Origin: an uncultured Halochromatium sp.
GTDB lineage: Bacteria > Pseudomonadota > Gammaproteobacteria > Chromatiales > Chromatiaceae
Assembly (NCBI GenBank): GCA_964617675.1
Contig: CAZTYV010000002.1
Location: 1-45,553 of the forward strand
Direction: 5' to 3'
DNA: 45,553 nucleotides
Shown here: positions 19,654-29,920 of the stretch, piece after piece
Numbering within the stretch: position 1 is the first letter of the stretch
Layout of the letters: each line of letters opens with the position of its first letter
Notes under the pieces: model-generated
The model's database searches: none
What the model was told of the DNA's origin: nothing
What the model saw: only the letters and a program-made list of their open reading frames with translations
Made by a program: the position numbers and the translations under genes

Positions 19654-20379
19654 ATGCCGGCCCAACCTGACACCCGCCTGATCATCGCGCTCGACTATGC
19701 CAACGCACGCGATGCCCTCAGGCTCGCCGAGCAGCTCGACCCGCACCGATGCCGGGTGAAGGTTGGCAAGGAGCTCTTCACCCGCGCGGGACCGGCGGTG
19801 GTCGAGCGCTTGGTCGAGCGGGGCTTCGATGTCTTCCTCGATCTGAAATACCACGACATCCCGAATACCGTCGCCGCCGCCTGCGCGGCAGCCGCCGAGC
19901 TTGGCGTCTGGATGCTCAATGTTCATGCCTCGGGCGGACCCGCGATGTTGCAGGCCGCGCGCGAGCGCCTTGACACCCTGCCGCGACCGCCGTTGCTGAT
20001 CGCGGTGACCCTGCTGACCAGCCTCGACCAGCACGACCTTGCCGCCATCGGCTGCCCAGGGGATCTCGACGAGCGCGTTGTCCTGCTGGCTGAGCTGGCG
20101 ACCCGCGCCGGTCTCGACGGCCTGGTGTGCTCGCCACGTGAGGCAGCGATGCTGCGCGCGCGACTGGGACCCAGACCATTGCTGGTCACACCGGGCATTC
20201 GCCCCACCGAGGGCGCAACCGGCGATCAGAAACGCACCATGACCCCGAGCGAGGCACTCGCCGCGGGCGCCGACCACCTGGTGATCGGCCGCCCCATCAC
20301 TGCAGCCGCTGACCCCCGAGCCGCGCTCTCGGCGATACTGGCAGCGATGAGCGCAGCCCCGAGCTTGAAGGGTCGCTGA
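19654..20379 (+). CDS. pyrF: Orotidine-5'-phosphate decarboxylase
   Basis: [34 protein letters not shown]. Confidence 0.98.
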   Translation: MPAQPDTRLIIALDYANARDALRLAEQLDPHRCRVKVGKELFTRAGPAVVERLVERGFDVFLDLKYHDIPNTVAAACAAAAELGVWMLNVHASGGPAMLQAARERLDTLPRPPLLIAVTLLTSLDQHDLAAIGCPGDLDERVVLLAELATRAGLDGLVCSPREAAMLRARLGPRPLLVTPGIRPTEGATGDQKRTMTPSEALAAGADHLVIGRPITAAADPRAALSAILAAMSAAPSLKGR

Positions 20380-20434
20380 TCGCTAGGCGGCGCCCTCCCA
20401 TCGCCCAAGAACCAACAACACGACAGGAGCCCTC

Positions 20435-21307
20435 ATGGCCAAGATCAACAAAGCGGTCTTCCCCGTCGCCGGCCTCGGCACGCGCTTCCTCCCGGTGACC
20501 AAGGCAAGCCCGAAGGAGATGCTACCGGTTGTCGACAAACCCCTGATCCAATACGCCGCCGAGGAGGCTGAGCAAGCCGGCGCCACGCAGCTGGTCTTCG
20601 TCACCGGTCGCCACAAGCGCTCGATCGAAGATCACTTCGACAAGGCACCCGAGCTCGAGGCCGAGCTGAGGGAGGCAGGCAAGGACAAGCTCCTGCACAT
20701 CGTTCAAACCATCCTGCCTGAGCACGTCAGCTGCATCTACCTGCGCCAGCCCGAGGCCCTAGGCCTCGGCCACGCGGTGCTTTGCGCCAAGCCCGTCGTC
20801 GGCAATGAACCGTTCGCCATCCTGCTCGCCGACGACCTCATCAGCAGCGAGGGCAAGGGGGTCTGCGAGCAGATGGCGGAGCTGCATGAGCGCACCGGCG
20901 CGAGCGTATTGAGCGTCGAGGAGGTGCCGCCGAATGAGACCCATAAGTACGGCATCGTCGAGACCGAGAAGCAGGCCGACGGCACTCTGCGCGTGACCTC
21001 AATCGTCGAGAAGCCACGCCCCGAAGACGCACCCTCGAACCTCGCGGTGGTCGGCCGCTACCTGCTCACCCCCACCATCTTCGCCAAGCTCGAGCAGACC
21101 GGCGCTGGCGCCGGAGGCGAGATCCAGCTCACCGACGCCATCGCTGCACTCCTCAAGGAAGAGACCGTGGTCGCCCATCCGTTCGAGGGCAAACGTTACG
21201 ACTGCGGCAGCAAGGAAGGCTACCTACAGGCAACGGTCGAGCTGGCACTGGAGCATCCAGAGCTTGGTGCGACCTTCCGCGACTACCTGAAGACGCTGAA
21301 GCTCTAA
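20435..21307 (+). CDS. galU: UTP--glucose-1-phosphate uridylyltransferase
   Basis: [38 protein letters not shown]. Confidence 0.98.
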   Translation: MAKINKAVFPVAGLGTRFLPVTKASPKEMLPVVDKPLIQYAAEEAEQAGATQLVFVTGRHKRSIEDHFDKAPELEAELREAGKDKLLHIVQTILPEHVSCIYLRQPEALGLGHAVLCAKPVVGNEPFAILLADDLISSEGKGVCEQMAELHERTGASVLSVEEVPPNETHKYGIVETEKQADGTLRVTSIVEKPRPEDAPSNLAVVGRYLLTPTIFAKLEQTGAGAGGEIQLTDAIAALLKEETVVAHPFEGKRYDCGSKEGYLQATVELALEHPELGATFRDYLKTLKL

Positions 21308-21371
21308 CCCCTCAGCTCTGGCCCATCAAACGCATTCGACGCCCTGATCGAGCCTCAAACAAGGCCTGACA

Positions 21372-22208
21372 TCAGGGCGTCGCGGTGGTCGTGCACTCGG
21401 GTGCCATCACCCCGCAGCTGTCATCGCCCTGCTCGCAGAAGTCAAAGCAGGTGACGAGGCGGCCCTCGAAGGTTGCGTCCACCTGCAAGGCCCCCTGGGT
21501 CATCGCGACCTCGAAGCCCTCCTGACTGGCCGGCGTCTGGCCCACCAGACGCAAGCGCTGTCCCGGGTATTCGATCTCGAGCGCGACCCGCATCGGGTAG
21601 TAGCCATCGAGGAAGCGGCGCATGTATGGGCCGTTTCGCAGCCGAAAGAGCCCGTCGCCGAGGGATTGCAGCGCACGACTCTGCGCGCGGATGCAAAGCT
21701 CGGCCTGCGGGCCTACGTCTTCAAGCTGCACGCTGTGTCCCTCAACCCAGGCGCGCCCGATGTTCTGGGCGTGATCGATCTGCAGGTTGCGGATGCCATC
21801 AGCGCGGAACAGGATCTGGGCGGCAGGCACCGAATCGATGTTCTCGTGGCATTGAACCAGGTCGACCCAGCCCAGATCCAGGCTCGCCTCGGTGATGGCG
21901 ATGCGGTTGTGGTGATAATGCGCATCGGCGGCCGCCGCGCTCGGCAAGAACGCAAGCTCACCTTCGTTCACCAGGGCGATCTGTGCCTCGAGATCGAAGT
22001 CGTCGGGCCATTGATCACTGGCGGCCTGTAGGCCCGACTGCGCAATCAAAGCGAGCGGCAACGCGAGCACCAGAAGGGCGAGCCATCTGGGTGTCCGGGT
22101 CACAGCCGCGAAGCGATGACCTTGAAACCTGTTCCAGCAGCGGCGTTCGAGCATGGATCTCCCCCTTCGATGACAGGCGGCTGAAGCGCCGAGTCGCTTC
22201 GTGAACAT
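21372..22208 (-). CDS. Hypothetical exported protein (start uncertain)
   Basis: Signal-like hydrophobic stretch, globular-looking body and Cys-rich tail; fills the gap convergent with galU. Confidence 0.7.
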   Translation of the reverse strand: MFTKRLGASAACHRRGRSMLERRCWNRFQGHRFAAVTRTPRWLALLVLALPLALIAQSGLQAASDQWPDDFDLEAQIALVNEGELAFLPSAAAADAHYHHNRIAITEASLDLGWVDLVQCHENIDSVPAAQILFRADGIRNLQIDHAQNIGRAWVEGHSVQLEDVGPQAELCIRAQSRALQSLGDGLFRLRNGPYMRRFLDGYYPMRVALEIEYPGQRLRLVGQTPASQEGFEVAMTQGALQVDATFEGRLVTCFDFCEQGDDSCGVMAPECTTTATP

Positions 22209-22341
22209 TGGGCCGGTGGCCGTTTCAGCTCGAGGCCTTCGCCCGCTTAGGACAACTCTTGCAACGTTTACCCTCCTTGTACTTCTTGCAGCATTTCCCG
22301 TTCTTCTTCGGCATGGGCCGCGCTCCCTGGCGACGCGATCG

Positions 22342-22866
22342 CTAGGCCGGAGCCCCAGAGGCCCCGGAGGAGATTCGGCTTGCCGCGGCAGCGAGCTCGT
22401 TGTCGATCATCAGCAGGCCTTGCCCCTGATCGCCAAACAGCCGCAGCCGCCCGAGGATGTCGTTGACCGTCGCCTCTTCCTCGATCTGCTCGGTCACGAA
22501 CCACTGCAGGAAGATGTGGGTCGCGTGATCCTTCTCGTGCGCAGCGTGATCGACAAGGTCGTTGATGGCCGCGGTGACGCTGCGCTCGTGCTTCAGGGTA
22601 CGCTCGAACATATCCATGATGCCGGCGGTCTTCGCCGGTGGCGCGGCGATCGCGTCCAATTGCACCTCGGCGTCCTGGTCGAGCAGGTAGCGATACATCT
22701 TCAGCGCGTGTGCCATCTCCTCACCGTGCTTGGCCATGAACCAGGCCGCCGTCCCCTTCAGGTTGTTGGTTTCGGCTTGGGCCGAGAGACCGAGGTAGAA
22801 GTACGCGGAGAAGAGCTCCAGGTTGATCTGCGCATTCAGGCGCGAGGCCATCTCGGTAGAAATCAT
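22342..22866 (-). CDS. ftnA: Non-heme ferritin
   Basis: LNAQINLELFSAYFYL, EEMAHA, HERSVT, FLQWFVTEQIEEE ferroxidase motifs. Confidence 0.95.
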   Translation of the reverse strand: MISTEMASRLNAQINLELFSAYFYLGLSAQAETNNLKGTAAWFMAKHGEEMAHALKMYRYLLDQDAEVQLDAIAAPPAKTAGIMDMFERTLKHERSVTAAINDLVDHAAHEKDHATHIFLQWFVTEQIEEEATVNDILGRLRLFGDQGQGLLMIDNELAAAASRISSGASGAPA

Positions 22867-23134
22867 CGACGAGTCTCCAATGGTTCTTCGGCCTTCAGCC
22901 GCGGTCGTCAGCGCGGTGGCCTGGGCGTCTCAGCAGAACCATGGAGGTTGCGAGCCGAGGACGAATTTCAAGACTGTAACCAGCGCTGATACACCCACGC
23001 GCACGGCGATCCGTTAGAATCTCGGCCTTTGCGCCCGGCCCAGCGTTGCCGAGCCCAGCGTTGCCTAACCAGGAACGGCGCGAAGACGACACCCAGTTAC
23101 GGAATTCAACCTTGAGCCTTGGTCGCAGCCCTCG

Positions 23135-24559
23135 ATGAGTCCAGTGCATGCAGGTCGGCCGCGGGTGGTGGTCGCGGGCGCCAGCGGCTTCATCGGCACC
23201 GCCCTTTGTCCCCTGCTCGCCGAACGCTTCGAGGTGATCGCCTTGACGCGATCGCCGGCGCGTGCGGCGACGCCAGACCCCGCGGGACGGGTGGACTGGT
23301 GGCATTGCGATCTATTCTGCACGCGCGACCTCGTCGCGGCGCTCGCCGGAATTGACTACGCGGTCTATCTGGTGCACTCGCTCGCGCCTTCATCGCGACT
23401 CACCCAAGCGAGCCCGCGCGACATGGACTTAGTGCTCGCCGACAATTTCGCCCACGCTGCGGCGCAGAACGGCATCAAGCAGATCATCTTCGTCAGCGGC
23501 GTCATGCCGGAGAGCTTCCGCTTCTCACCGCTGCTCTGGAGCCGGCGCGAGATCGAGATGGTGCTTGGCTCCCGCGGCACGCCGGTCACGGCCTTACGAG
23601 CGAGCCTGGTGCTAGGACCCGGCGGCACCGGCCCAGGCCTGCTGCTCGATCTGGTGCGGCGCTTGCCCGTACTCTTGCTCCCGCCGGCCGCGGCCTCGAA
23701 GACTCGACCGATCGCACTGCCGGATCTGGTGCGCGCGATGCTGCATTGCCTGGGACATCCGCAGCGCTTCCGAGGCGCCTTCGATATCGGCGGCGCCGAA
23801 TCGCTGAGCTATGAGTCGATGCTGCGAGAGACCGCCGGTGCGCTCGGCCTGCGGCGCCGATTCATCCGAGTCCCGGCGCTACCGGTGGGGCTTGCATCCG
23901 TGACCGCAAGGCTGGTCAGCGGCGCACCGACCGCGATGGTCGGCGCGATCGTCGAGAGCCTGCCCCAGGACACGGTGATGCGCGACAACCCAGTGCAACA
24001 GGCGATTCAGCCAGGCGCGCTCCGTTTTCGTGCCGCCCTAGAGACCTGCATTGACCCCCAGAGCGGTCGTCTTTTGCCCAGCCCACGCGCGCCTCTCAAA
24101 GGCCAGGATCGCGAGGTCATGCGCGAGCAATCGCTGGTGCGCTCGATCCAACGCACACTCCTACCGCCGGGCTTGGATGCCGATTGGTTGGCTGGCAACT
24201 ACTTCCGTTGGCTCGGTGAGTGCTGCTGGCCGCTAGTTCGAACCCGAGTTCAGGCCAATGGTGACGTCGAGGTCTGGTCGCGCCTGCCGCGACTGCGACT
24301 GCTGGCGCTGCGACTCCGGGCCGATGACAGCAGCCGAGAGCGGCGGATCTATGCCATCGCTGGTGGCCTGCTGGCGCGCGCCGGCAGCGGTCGTGCGCGC
24401 TTCGAGTTCCAAACCCTGCTTGACGGTCGCTACACCATGACCGCGATCCATGACTATGCGCCGGCGATCCCCTGGTACCTCTATGTGATCACCCAGGCAC
24501 TCGCGCATCGTCTGGTGATGCATCGCTATCAGTCTCGCCTCGCACGGCTCGCGCGCTGA
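23135..24559 (+). CDS. NAD(P)-binding atypical SDR/epimerase (YbjT-like) with a C-terminal extra domain
   Basis: VAGASGFIG, AVYLVHS, LRASLVLGPGG. Confidence 0.85.
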   Translation: MSPVHAGRPRVVVAGASGFIGTALCPLLAERFEVIALTRSPARAATPDPAGRVDWWHCDLFCTRDLVAALAGIDYAVYLVHSLAPSSRLTQASPRDMDLVLADNFAHAAAQNGIKQIIFVSGVMPESFRFSPLLWSRREIEMVLGSRGTPVTALRASLVLGPGGTGPGLLLDLVRRLPVLLLPPAAASKTRPIALPDLVRAMLHCLGHPQRFRGAFDIGGAESLSYESMLRETAGALGLRRRFIRVPALPVGLASVTARLVSGAPTAMVGAIVESLPQDTVMRDNPVQQAIQPGALRFRAALETCIDPQSGRLLPSPRAPLKGQDREVMREQSLVRSIQRTLLPPGLDADWLAGNYFRWLGECCWPLVRTRVQANGDVEVWSRLPRLRLLALRLRADDSSRERRIYAIAGGLLARAGSGRARFEFQTLLDGRYTMTAIHDYAPAIPWYLYVITQALAHRLVMHRYQSRLARLAR

Positions 24560-24787
24560 TCAAGCGCGCCTCTCCGGAACCGGGCGGCCCATCTTCGACG
24601 GCCCCCTACCCTGACCCGCGACCAGCTCAGCATGCCGGTGCGCTGGGAACGCGGCATAATGCGGGCGCGGCGAGACCCCGAGGTGTCGACAGTCGAGACC
24701 GCGAATCCGTCGCACGGCTCTGCGCCAGAGCCCCATCAACAAGATCGTGCCGGTCTCCGAGCGCGACGAATCCCGGAGGGTGTGAAC

Positions 24788-26647
24788 GTGTCCGACTCTG
24801 CGCAATCGATCTGGAAGCCGCTCTTTTGGCTCGTGCTGGCCGCCCTGATCAGCGTCTACCTGCTCTACAACCATCACAGCGACCAACTGCGCCGCGAGAT
24901 CGACGGCGAGCATCAGTCTCTGCGCCAGGCCAGCCGCCAGCTGCGCTCGAGCGAGACCGACCTCAAGGCGCTCCAGCAGTCACTGGCTACCGCGCAGTCG
25001 ACGATCAGCGAGCTGGAGCGCACCCAGGCGCAGCAGATCGATGCCCTGACGCGCGAGCACGAAGAACGGCTCCAGTCCCTGCGCCAGGAGCATGATGGCG
25101 CCACTGCTAATCTGGCTGAAACCCACGCGCAGCAGCTCGCGGCGCTCAACGCTCAGATCGAGTCCGTCGGCTCGGAGAAGACCCTGCTCGCGGCGGAGAC
25201 CGAGGCCTGGAAGCGCGCCAAGGAGAAGCTCACCGAAGACCTGCGCGCGGCGATTGATGCCAAGACCGGGCTCGAGGATCGCCTCGCCGAGACGGCCGAG
25301 ATGCGCCGCGAGCTCGAGGTGAAGCTCGCCGCCGACGACGCCACCATCGCCGAGCTCAATGCCCTGCTCAATCGCGCCAACCAGACCGAGGCGGCGCTGA
25401 CCGATAAGCTCCAGCGCGGCACCGCGGCCCAAGAGGAGCTTGAGACGCTTGTCGCCAAGGAGGAGGCCGCGATCCTGGAGCTACAAGACAAGCTCGTGGC
25501 CACCACCCGCAGCCGCGCTGAGCTCGAGGAGCTGCTGGGGTCGGGTGGGCAGCAGACCGAGCCGCCGGCAACCGACGCGCGGCTCGAGGCCTTGCAGGCG
25601 AGCCTTGAGGAGGTCCAAGTTGAGCTCGAAGCGGTCTCGGCCGAGCGTGATGCCCTTGCCGCTCGGCTCGAGGCATCGGCCCAGTCCGACACCGACGCCG
25701 ACCAGCAAGAGGCGTTGAGCGCCTTGCAAACGCGTTTTGATACCGAGCGCGCCGCATTACAGGCGCAGCTGGCCGAGGCCGAGGAACGTCTCGAGGCGGT
25801 GCAGCAAGCACTCGGCTCCGAGCGGGACGCGCTCGCGCAGCAGCTCGCGGAGACCAAGGCCGCACAGGCGAGCGCGCAGGCCGACGCCCTCGACGAGGCC
25901 GAGGATCGCATCCAGCGCTTGAGCGAGACCCTCGAGGCCGAGCGCCAGGCTCGCTCGGAGCTGGCCGAGCGCGCTCAACAGACGCAGACGGAGATGCAGA
26001 CGCGGCTCGCGGAGGCGGAGCAGGCGCTCGGCGAGCTGCAACAGATGCTCAGCACCCGTGATGAGAGCCATCAGTCGACCACCGCCGAATACGAGGCCCA
26101 GCTGGCAGAGGCGGAGGCGGCACTCGAGGCCATGCGCGACAAGATCCAAGAGCGCGAGGCCGCGCTCGAGCAGGCGCGGCGGCAGGCAGAGGCCCTGCGC
26201 ACGGATGTCGCCGAACAGACCTCCGAGCGCGTGCACGATTTCTACGAGCGCTTTGCGGCATTGGACGCTCAGCTCACCGCTCGTGGCCTGATGGTCAACC
26301 TCAGCGGCGATCAGATCCGGTTCCCAAGCGGCAGCGCGAGCTTACCCGACGACGCCACCCCGCTCCTGGAGCAGGTTGCGGCGGTCTTGATCGAGTATCC
26401 GCAGCTGGTTGTCCAGGTCCAGGGCCATACCGACAGCTCAGGTAATGCCGAGATCAATCGTGCGCTCTCCGAGCAGCGTGCCGAGGCTGTTCGCGAGGCC
26501 CTGGTCGAGCTCGGCGTCGCGCCGGGCCGGCTGAAGACCGACGGACTTGGCTCCGAGCAGCCCATCGCGAGCAACGCCACCGCGGACGGGCGTCAGCGTA
26601 ATCGGCGGGTTGAGCTCTATATCGAGCGTCGGGGCGACGCCGGCTGA
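24788..26647 (+). CDS. Membrane-anchored long coiled-coil protein with C-terminal OmpA/MotB peptidoglycan-binding domain
   Basis: GGAGGG RBS before GTG 24788, one TM, a long E/A/L/Q-rich heptad region, VQGHTDSSG...NRALSEQRA...NRRVE. Confidence 0.88.
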   Translation: MSDSAQSIWKPLFWLVLAALISVYLLYNHHSDQLRREIDGEHQSLRQASRQLRSSETDLKALQQSLATAQSTISELERTQAQQIDALTREHEERLQSLRQEHDGATANLAETHAQQLAALNAQIESVGSEKTLLAAETEAWKRAKEKLTEDLRAAIDAKTGLEDRLAETAEMRRELEVKLAADDATIAELNALLNRANQTEAALTDKLQRGTAAQEELETLVAKEEAAILELQDKLVATTRSRAELEELLGSGGQQTEPPATDARLEALQASLEEVQVELEAVSAERDALAARLEASAQSDTDADQQEALSALQTRFDTERAALQAQLAEAEERLEAVQQALGSERDALAQQLAETKAAQASAQADALDEAEDRIQRLSETLEAERQARSELAERAQQTQTEMQTRLAEAEQALGELQQMLSTRDESHQSTTAEYEAQLAEAEAALEAMRDKIQEREAALEQARRQAEALRTDVAEQTSERVHDFYERFAALDAQLTARGLMVNLSGDQIRFPSGSASLPDDATPLLEQVAAVLIEYPQLVVQVQGHTDSSGNAEINRALSEQRAEAVREALVELGVAPGRLKTDGLGSEQPIASNATADGRQRNRRVELYIERRGDAG

Positions 26648-26722
26648 GCTCGGCAGCCGTTCATCGACGAGGCGGGTTGCGGGGCTGATCAGGGTACCGA
26701 TCACGATCGGCCAGGTTGGGGC

Positions 26723-27745
26723 TCAGCGGCGCCAGAGGGACTCGTCGACAAGCTCCTTCAGCCGTCGATGCGCGGGGGTCTCCACCGATGTCAGCTCGAG
26801 ACTGGTGCGAAAGCCGCGCGCATGCGGTGAGCTGCGCACAACCTTCGCGTAGACGTCACCGATCGGTGTCGCGCCATCGCGGGGGGCGAGGTTGATCACC
26901 ACATCGGCGGCATCCGGCAGCCCGCGCGGCAGATCCGCGCGCAGACCGTAGTAGCCGAGGTCGTTGATCAGGCCAGGGATCGCCGCGGGGACGACACGCT
27001 TGTGCTCAATCTGTCGAAAGGTGGCATCGATCTGGGCCCGAATCCGCGGCGAGCGACGCACCTCGACGCGAGGGACCCGAAGCGGTTGCTCGCGACCATG
27101 CACGGCGCGCAGGTCGAACAGCTGTACCGGACGCGCGAGCCCCTTGAAGCGGACCTCGTTGACCGGTCCAACCTCGATCCCCTCAGCGATCTGTCCAGAC
27201 GCCTCGGCGAGCGTCGACGCGCTGACCAGCACTTGGCCGCGCAGCGCGAAAGACTCGATGCGTGAGGCGAGGTTCATGACCTCGCCGATGGCGGTGTATT
27301 CACGGTGCGCGTCCGAGCCGAAGCTGCCGGCCACGACCTCACCGGTGCTGACCGCAATCCCCACGAAGATCGGCGGCAGCCCTTGGACCTCCAGCTCGCG
27401 GTTTAACGCAACCATGCCCTGTTGCATGGCGGCCGCACAGGCGAGCGCGCGAACGGCATCATCACCACTGGCCTGCGGCAAGCCAAAGAGCGCGATCACG
27501 GCGTCGCCGACGAACTTGTCAACCAAGCCACCAAACCCCTGGATGATCTCGGTCATGGTCGCAAACCAGCGGTTGAGCAGCGCGGCCATGCTCGGAAGTG
27601 GCAGCGCCGACATCAGGGCGGTAAAGCCGCGGATATCGGCCACCAGCACCGTCGCGTGTGCGTCCACCCATGGCCCGAGATCGATCGCCTCGTCGGCCAG
27701 CGCCGGGCTCGATCGAATCAGCCGCGTGCGATCTTGCTCGCTCAT
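26723..27745 (-). CDS. Class III adenylate/guanylate cyclase with C-terminal PilZ-like domain
   Basis: ADIRGFT, DKFVGDA, YTAIGEVMNLASRIE; then RRSPR and DLGYYG. Confidence 0.88.
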   Translation of the reverse strand: MSEQDRTRLIRSSPALADEAIDLGPWVDAHATVLVADIRGFTALMSALPLPSMAALLNRWFATMTEIIQGFGGLVDKFVGDAVIALFGLPQASGDDAVRALACAAAMQQGMVALNRELEVQGLPPIFVGIAVSTGEVVAGSFGSDAHREYTAIGEVMNLASRIESFALRGQVLVSASTLAEASGQIAEGIEVGPVNEVRFKGLARPVQLFDLRAVHGREQPLRVPRVEVRRSPRIRAQIDATFRQIEHKRVVPAAIPGLINDLGYYGLRADLPRGLPDAADVVINLAPRDGATPIGDVYAKVVRSSPHARGFRTSLELTSVETPAHRRLKELVDESLWRR

Positions 27746-29436
27746 CGACCTTGTCGCCTCAGCGCGCTGGCGGCGGCTCGTCGCGGGCTCGGCTCGGTGA
27801 CGCGAGCCAGCACCGATTCGATCTGCATCGGCGCCGCGGTGTTGAGAAAGACCGCGTGACGATGCTCATCCTCGCCGAGCGGCTCACGGCGAGCGATCTG
27901 CAGGCTCAGCACGTCGATATCGGCATCCGAGGCATCCTTGGCCTCGAGGGCGCGTTGGCGCAGGCGCTCGCGCAGCAGGTGCATGGGGGCCTGCAGCGCA
28001 AGGATGCGGCAGGGGCAGTCGAGGTCCGCTGCCAACGCCAGGAAGGGATCGCGCTGGCGGCGACTGAGAAAGGTCGCGTCGACGAGCACGCTAAAACCGG
28101 CCTCGATCAGCTCGCGGGCCAGTCCGAGGAGCCGCCCGTAGGTTCGCTCGGTGGCCTCTTCGCCATAGAGCTGAGGGTCCGGATGCTCAGACGCCCGACG
28201 CTGCTCCGGCACGCCGAAGAGCCGCTTGCGCTCGACATCGGAACGGATCTGGATGATCGGCAGGTGCTCACGCAACAGGTGTCCAAGCCAGGTCTTCCCG
28301 CTGCCTGAGAGACCATAAGTGACGAACAGCTGTGGACGATGACGCCCCGTGCAGGTGCGAGCCAAGGCCAGATAGTGGTGCATGGCGGCTGAGGCTTGGC
28401 CCAGCGCCTGGTCAAGGTCAGCCTGCTCGGCGCTCGGCTCGGGAACTGTCGGCGCCGGCGCTTGCGATGCGCCCCTGAGCTCGAGCAGCCGGATCGCGTT
28501 GACCTTGCCCCGCACCAGCGCCCGGTAGACCTGATAGAAGCGCAGCAGGCGCAGGCCAGCGTAGTCGCCACTAACCTCCAGGTAGCGGTTCAGCAGCCGC
28601 CGCGCCAACCCAGCGGCCCCGCTCTGGGCCAGGTCCATGGTGAGGAAGGCGACCTCGCTCATGGTATCGATCCAACGCAGATTCGGATTGAACTCGAGAC
28701 AGTCGAAGATCACCGGCTCTTGATCGAGCACCGCGATGTTGCCGCGATGCATGTCTCCATGGCATTCGCGGATGTGGCCTTCGCGACGACGCCGCTCCAG
28801 CAACGGCCCCAAGTACGTGAATCGCTTGCGCGTCCAACGCTCCAGACGCTCGAGCTGCATCAGCGCGGGGCCGCCTGACTCGCCATCGGCCGTCAGCGCG
28901 GCGCGCAGCGGCTCGAAATTGTGCAGCATCGGTGCCAAGACCTGGGCAGGCTCGCCGTAAGGGCTCTCCGCCGGTGCCGGCGTCAGAGCGCCATGAAAGG
29001 CCGCGACGCGTTCCGCGAGGCGGTCGATGAGCGTCCCGTTGAGTCGCCCGCCATCGACGGGCTGGTCCGAGAGCAGCGCCTGTTGCGGAAATCGACGCAT
29101 GCGCACGGCATAGTCGACCACCTCGCCGTCGCCACCGATCTCGCCGTCCATCTGCAGCCGACCATCGCGCCTCACCACGGCGACCACGCCGAGATAGAGC
29201 TGTGGCGCGAGGCGGCGGTTGAGACGAAGCTCCTCCTCACAGAAGAACCGCCGTCGTGCGAGCGTCGAGAAATCAACGAATCCGAGCGAGACCGGCCGTT
29301 TCAATTTGTAGGCGAAGTCACCGGCCAAGAACAGCTGTGAGATGTGCGTTGTGACAACCTGCACCTCATCAACGGGATGCGAATAGGCCTCGCGCTCGAG
29401 CAGATCGGCCAGGTGGGTCAGCTCGGGTGCTAGCAC
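27742..29436 (-). CDS. Bifunctional aminoglycoside-phosphotransferase-like / AAA_33 P-loop kinase
   Basis: TTHISQLFLAGDFAYKLK, ECHGDMHRGNI, FDCLEFN, GLSGSGKT, RSDVERK, DATFL. Confidence 0.9.
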   Translation of the reverse strand: MLAPELTHLADLLEREAYSHPVDEVQVVTTHISQLFLAGDFAYKLKRPVSLGFVDFSTLARRRFFCEEELRLNRRLAPQLYLGVVAVVRRDGRLQMDGEIGGDGEVVDYAVRMRRFPQQALLSDQPVDGGRLNGTLIDRLAERVAAFHGALTPAPAESPYGEPAQVLAPMLHNFEPLRAALTADGESGGPALMQLERLERWTRKRFTYLGPLLERRRREGHIRECHGDMHRGNIAVLDQEPVIFDCLEFNPNLRWIDTMSEVAFLTMDLAQSGAAGLARRLLNRYLEVSGDYAGLRLLRFYQVYRALVRGKVNAIRLLELRGASQAPAPTVPEPSAEQADLDQALGQASAAMHHYLALARTCTGRHRPQLFVTYGLSGSGKTWLGHLLREHLPIIQIRSDVERKRLFGVPEQRRASEHPDPQLYGEEATERTYGRLLGLARELIEAGFSVLVDATFLSRRQRDPFLALAADLDCPCRILALQAPMHLLRERLRQRALEAKDASDADIDVLSLQIARREPLGEDEHRHAVFLNTAAPMQIESVLARVTEPSPRRAAASALRRQGR

Positions 29437-29663
29437 CTCAGGACCCCGCCATCGCGCTCACGCCCGCAGGCCTGCCGGCCCGGGGGGAGCCGCAGCCTCA
29501 AGCCCATGACTGAATCAGCACCGCCCCGAGACTGCCACACGCAGGCCGCGCAAGGCTGCTTCAGGCTCGGCCCATCCCCCTCGCGTGCTTGCGAAAACCA
29601 GCGCTTGTTCAATAGACTATTAGGCATCGCGTGATTCACGCATCCTACTTCGAGGTCGAATCC

Positions 29664-29864
29664 ATGAGTATCGAACGTATCGTGTTCGCCGTTGCTGGCG
29701 CCTTCGTCCTGATCTCGGCAATCCTTGCCGCCACGGTCAGCCCATTATGGCTGTGGTTCACAGGCTTCGTCGGTCTCAACCTGCTGCAGTCGGCCTTCAC
29801 GGGCTTTTGTCCGCTCGCCGTGATCCTGAAGAAGCTTGGCAAGGAGCCCGGCCCCGCGTTCTGA
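29664..29864 (+). CDS. DUF2892 (YgaP-like) small membrane protein
   Basis: ERIV...[16 protein letters not shown]; ATG at 29664. Confidence 0.9.
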   Translation: MSIERIVFAVAGAFVLISAILAATVSPLWLWFTGFVGLNLLQSAFTGFCPLAVILKKLGKEPGPAF

Positions 29865-29920
29865 CCCACCAGCGCGCGCTCCGAATCGCTTCAGGAGCGC
29901 CAGGCTCACCAGCTGCCGAT

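Noticed and set aside
22201-22989. 262-aa plus-strand ORF, and the many other long antisense or alternate-frame ORFs (e.g. 816-2387, 12599-13726)
   Set aside because: These are shadow ORFs of well-supported genes, typical of high-GC DNA, with no motifs.
27742-29436. Aminoglycoside resistance gene
   Set aside because: The APH-like fold is fused to a P-loop kinase, a widespread architecture that is not evidence of resistance.
29611-29640. Short palindromes AATAG-A-CTATT and CGTGA-T-TCACG upstream of the DUF2892 gene as a sulfide-repressor operator
   Set aside because: The arms are only 5 bp and do not match an operator consensus I can state with confidence.
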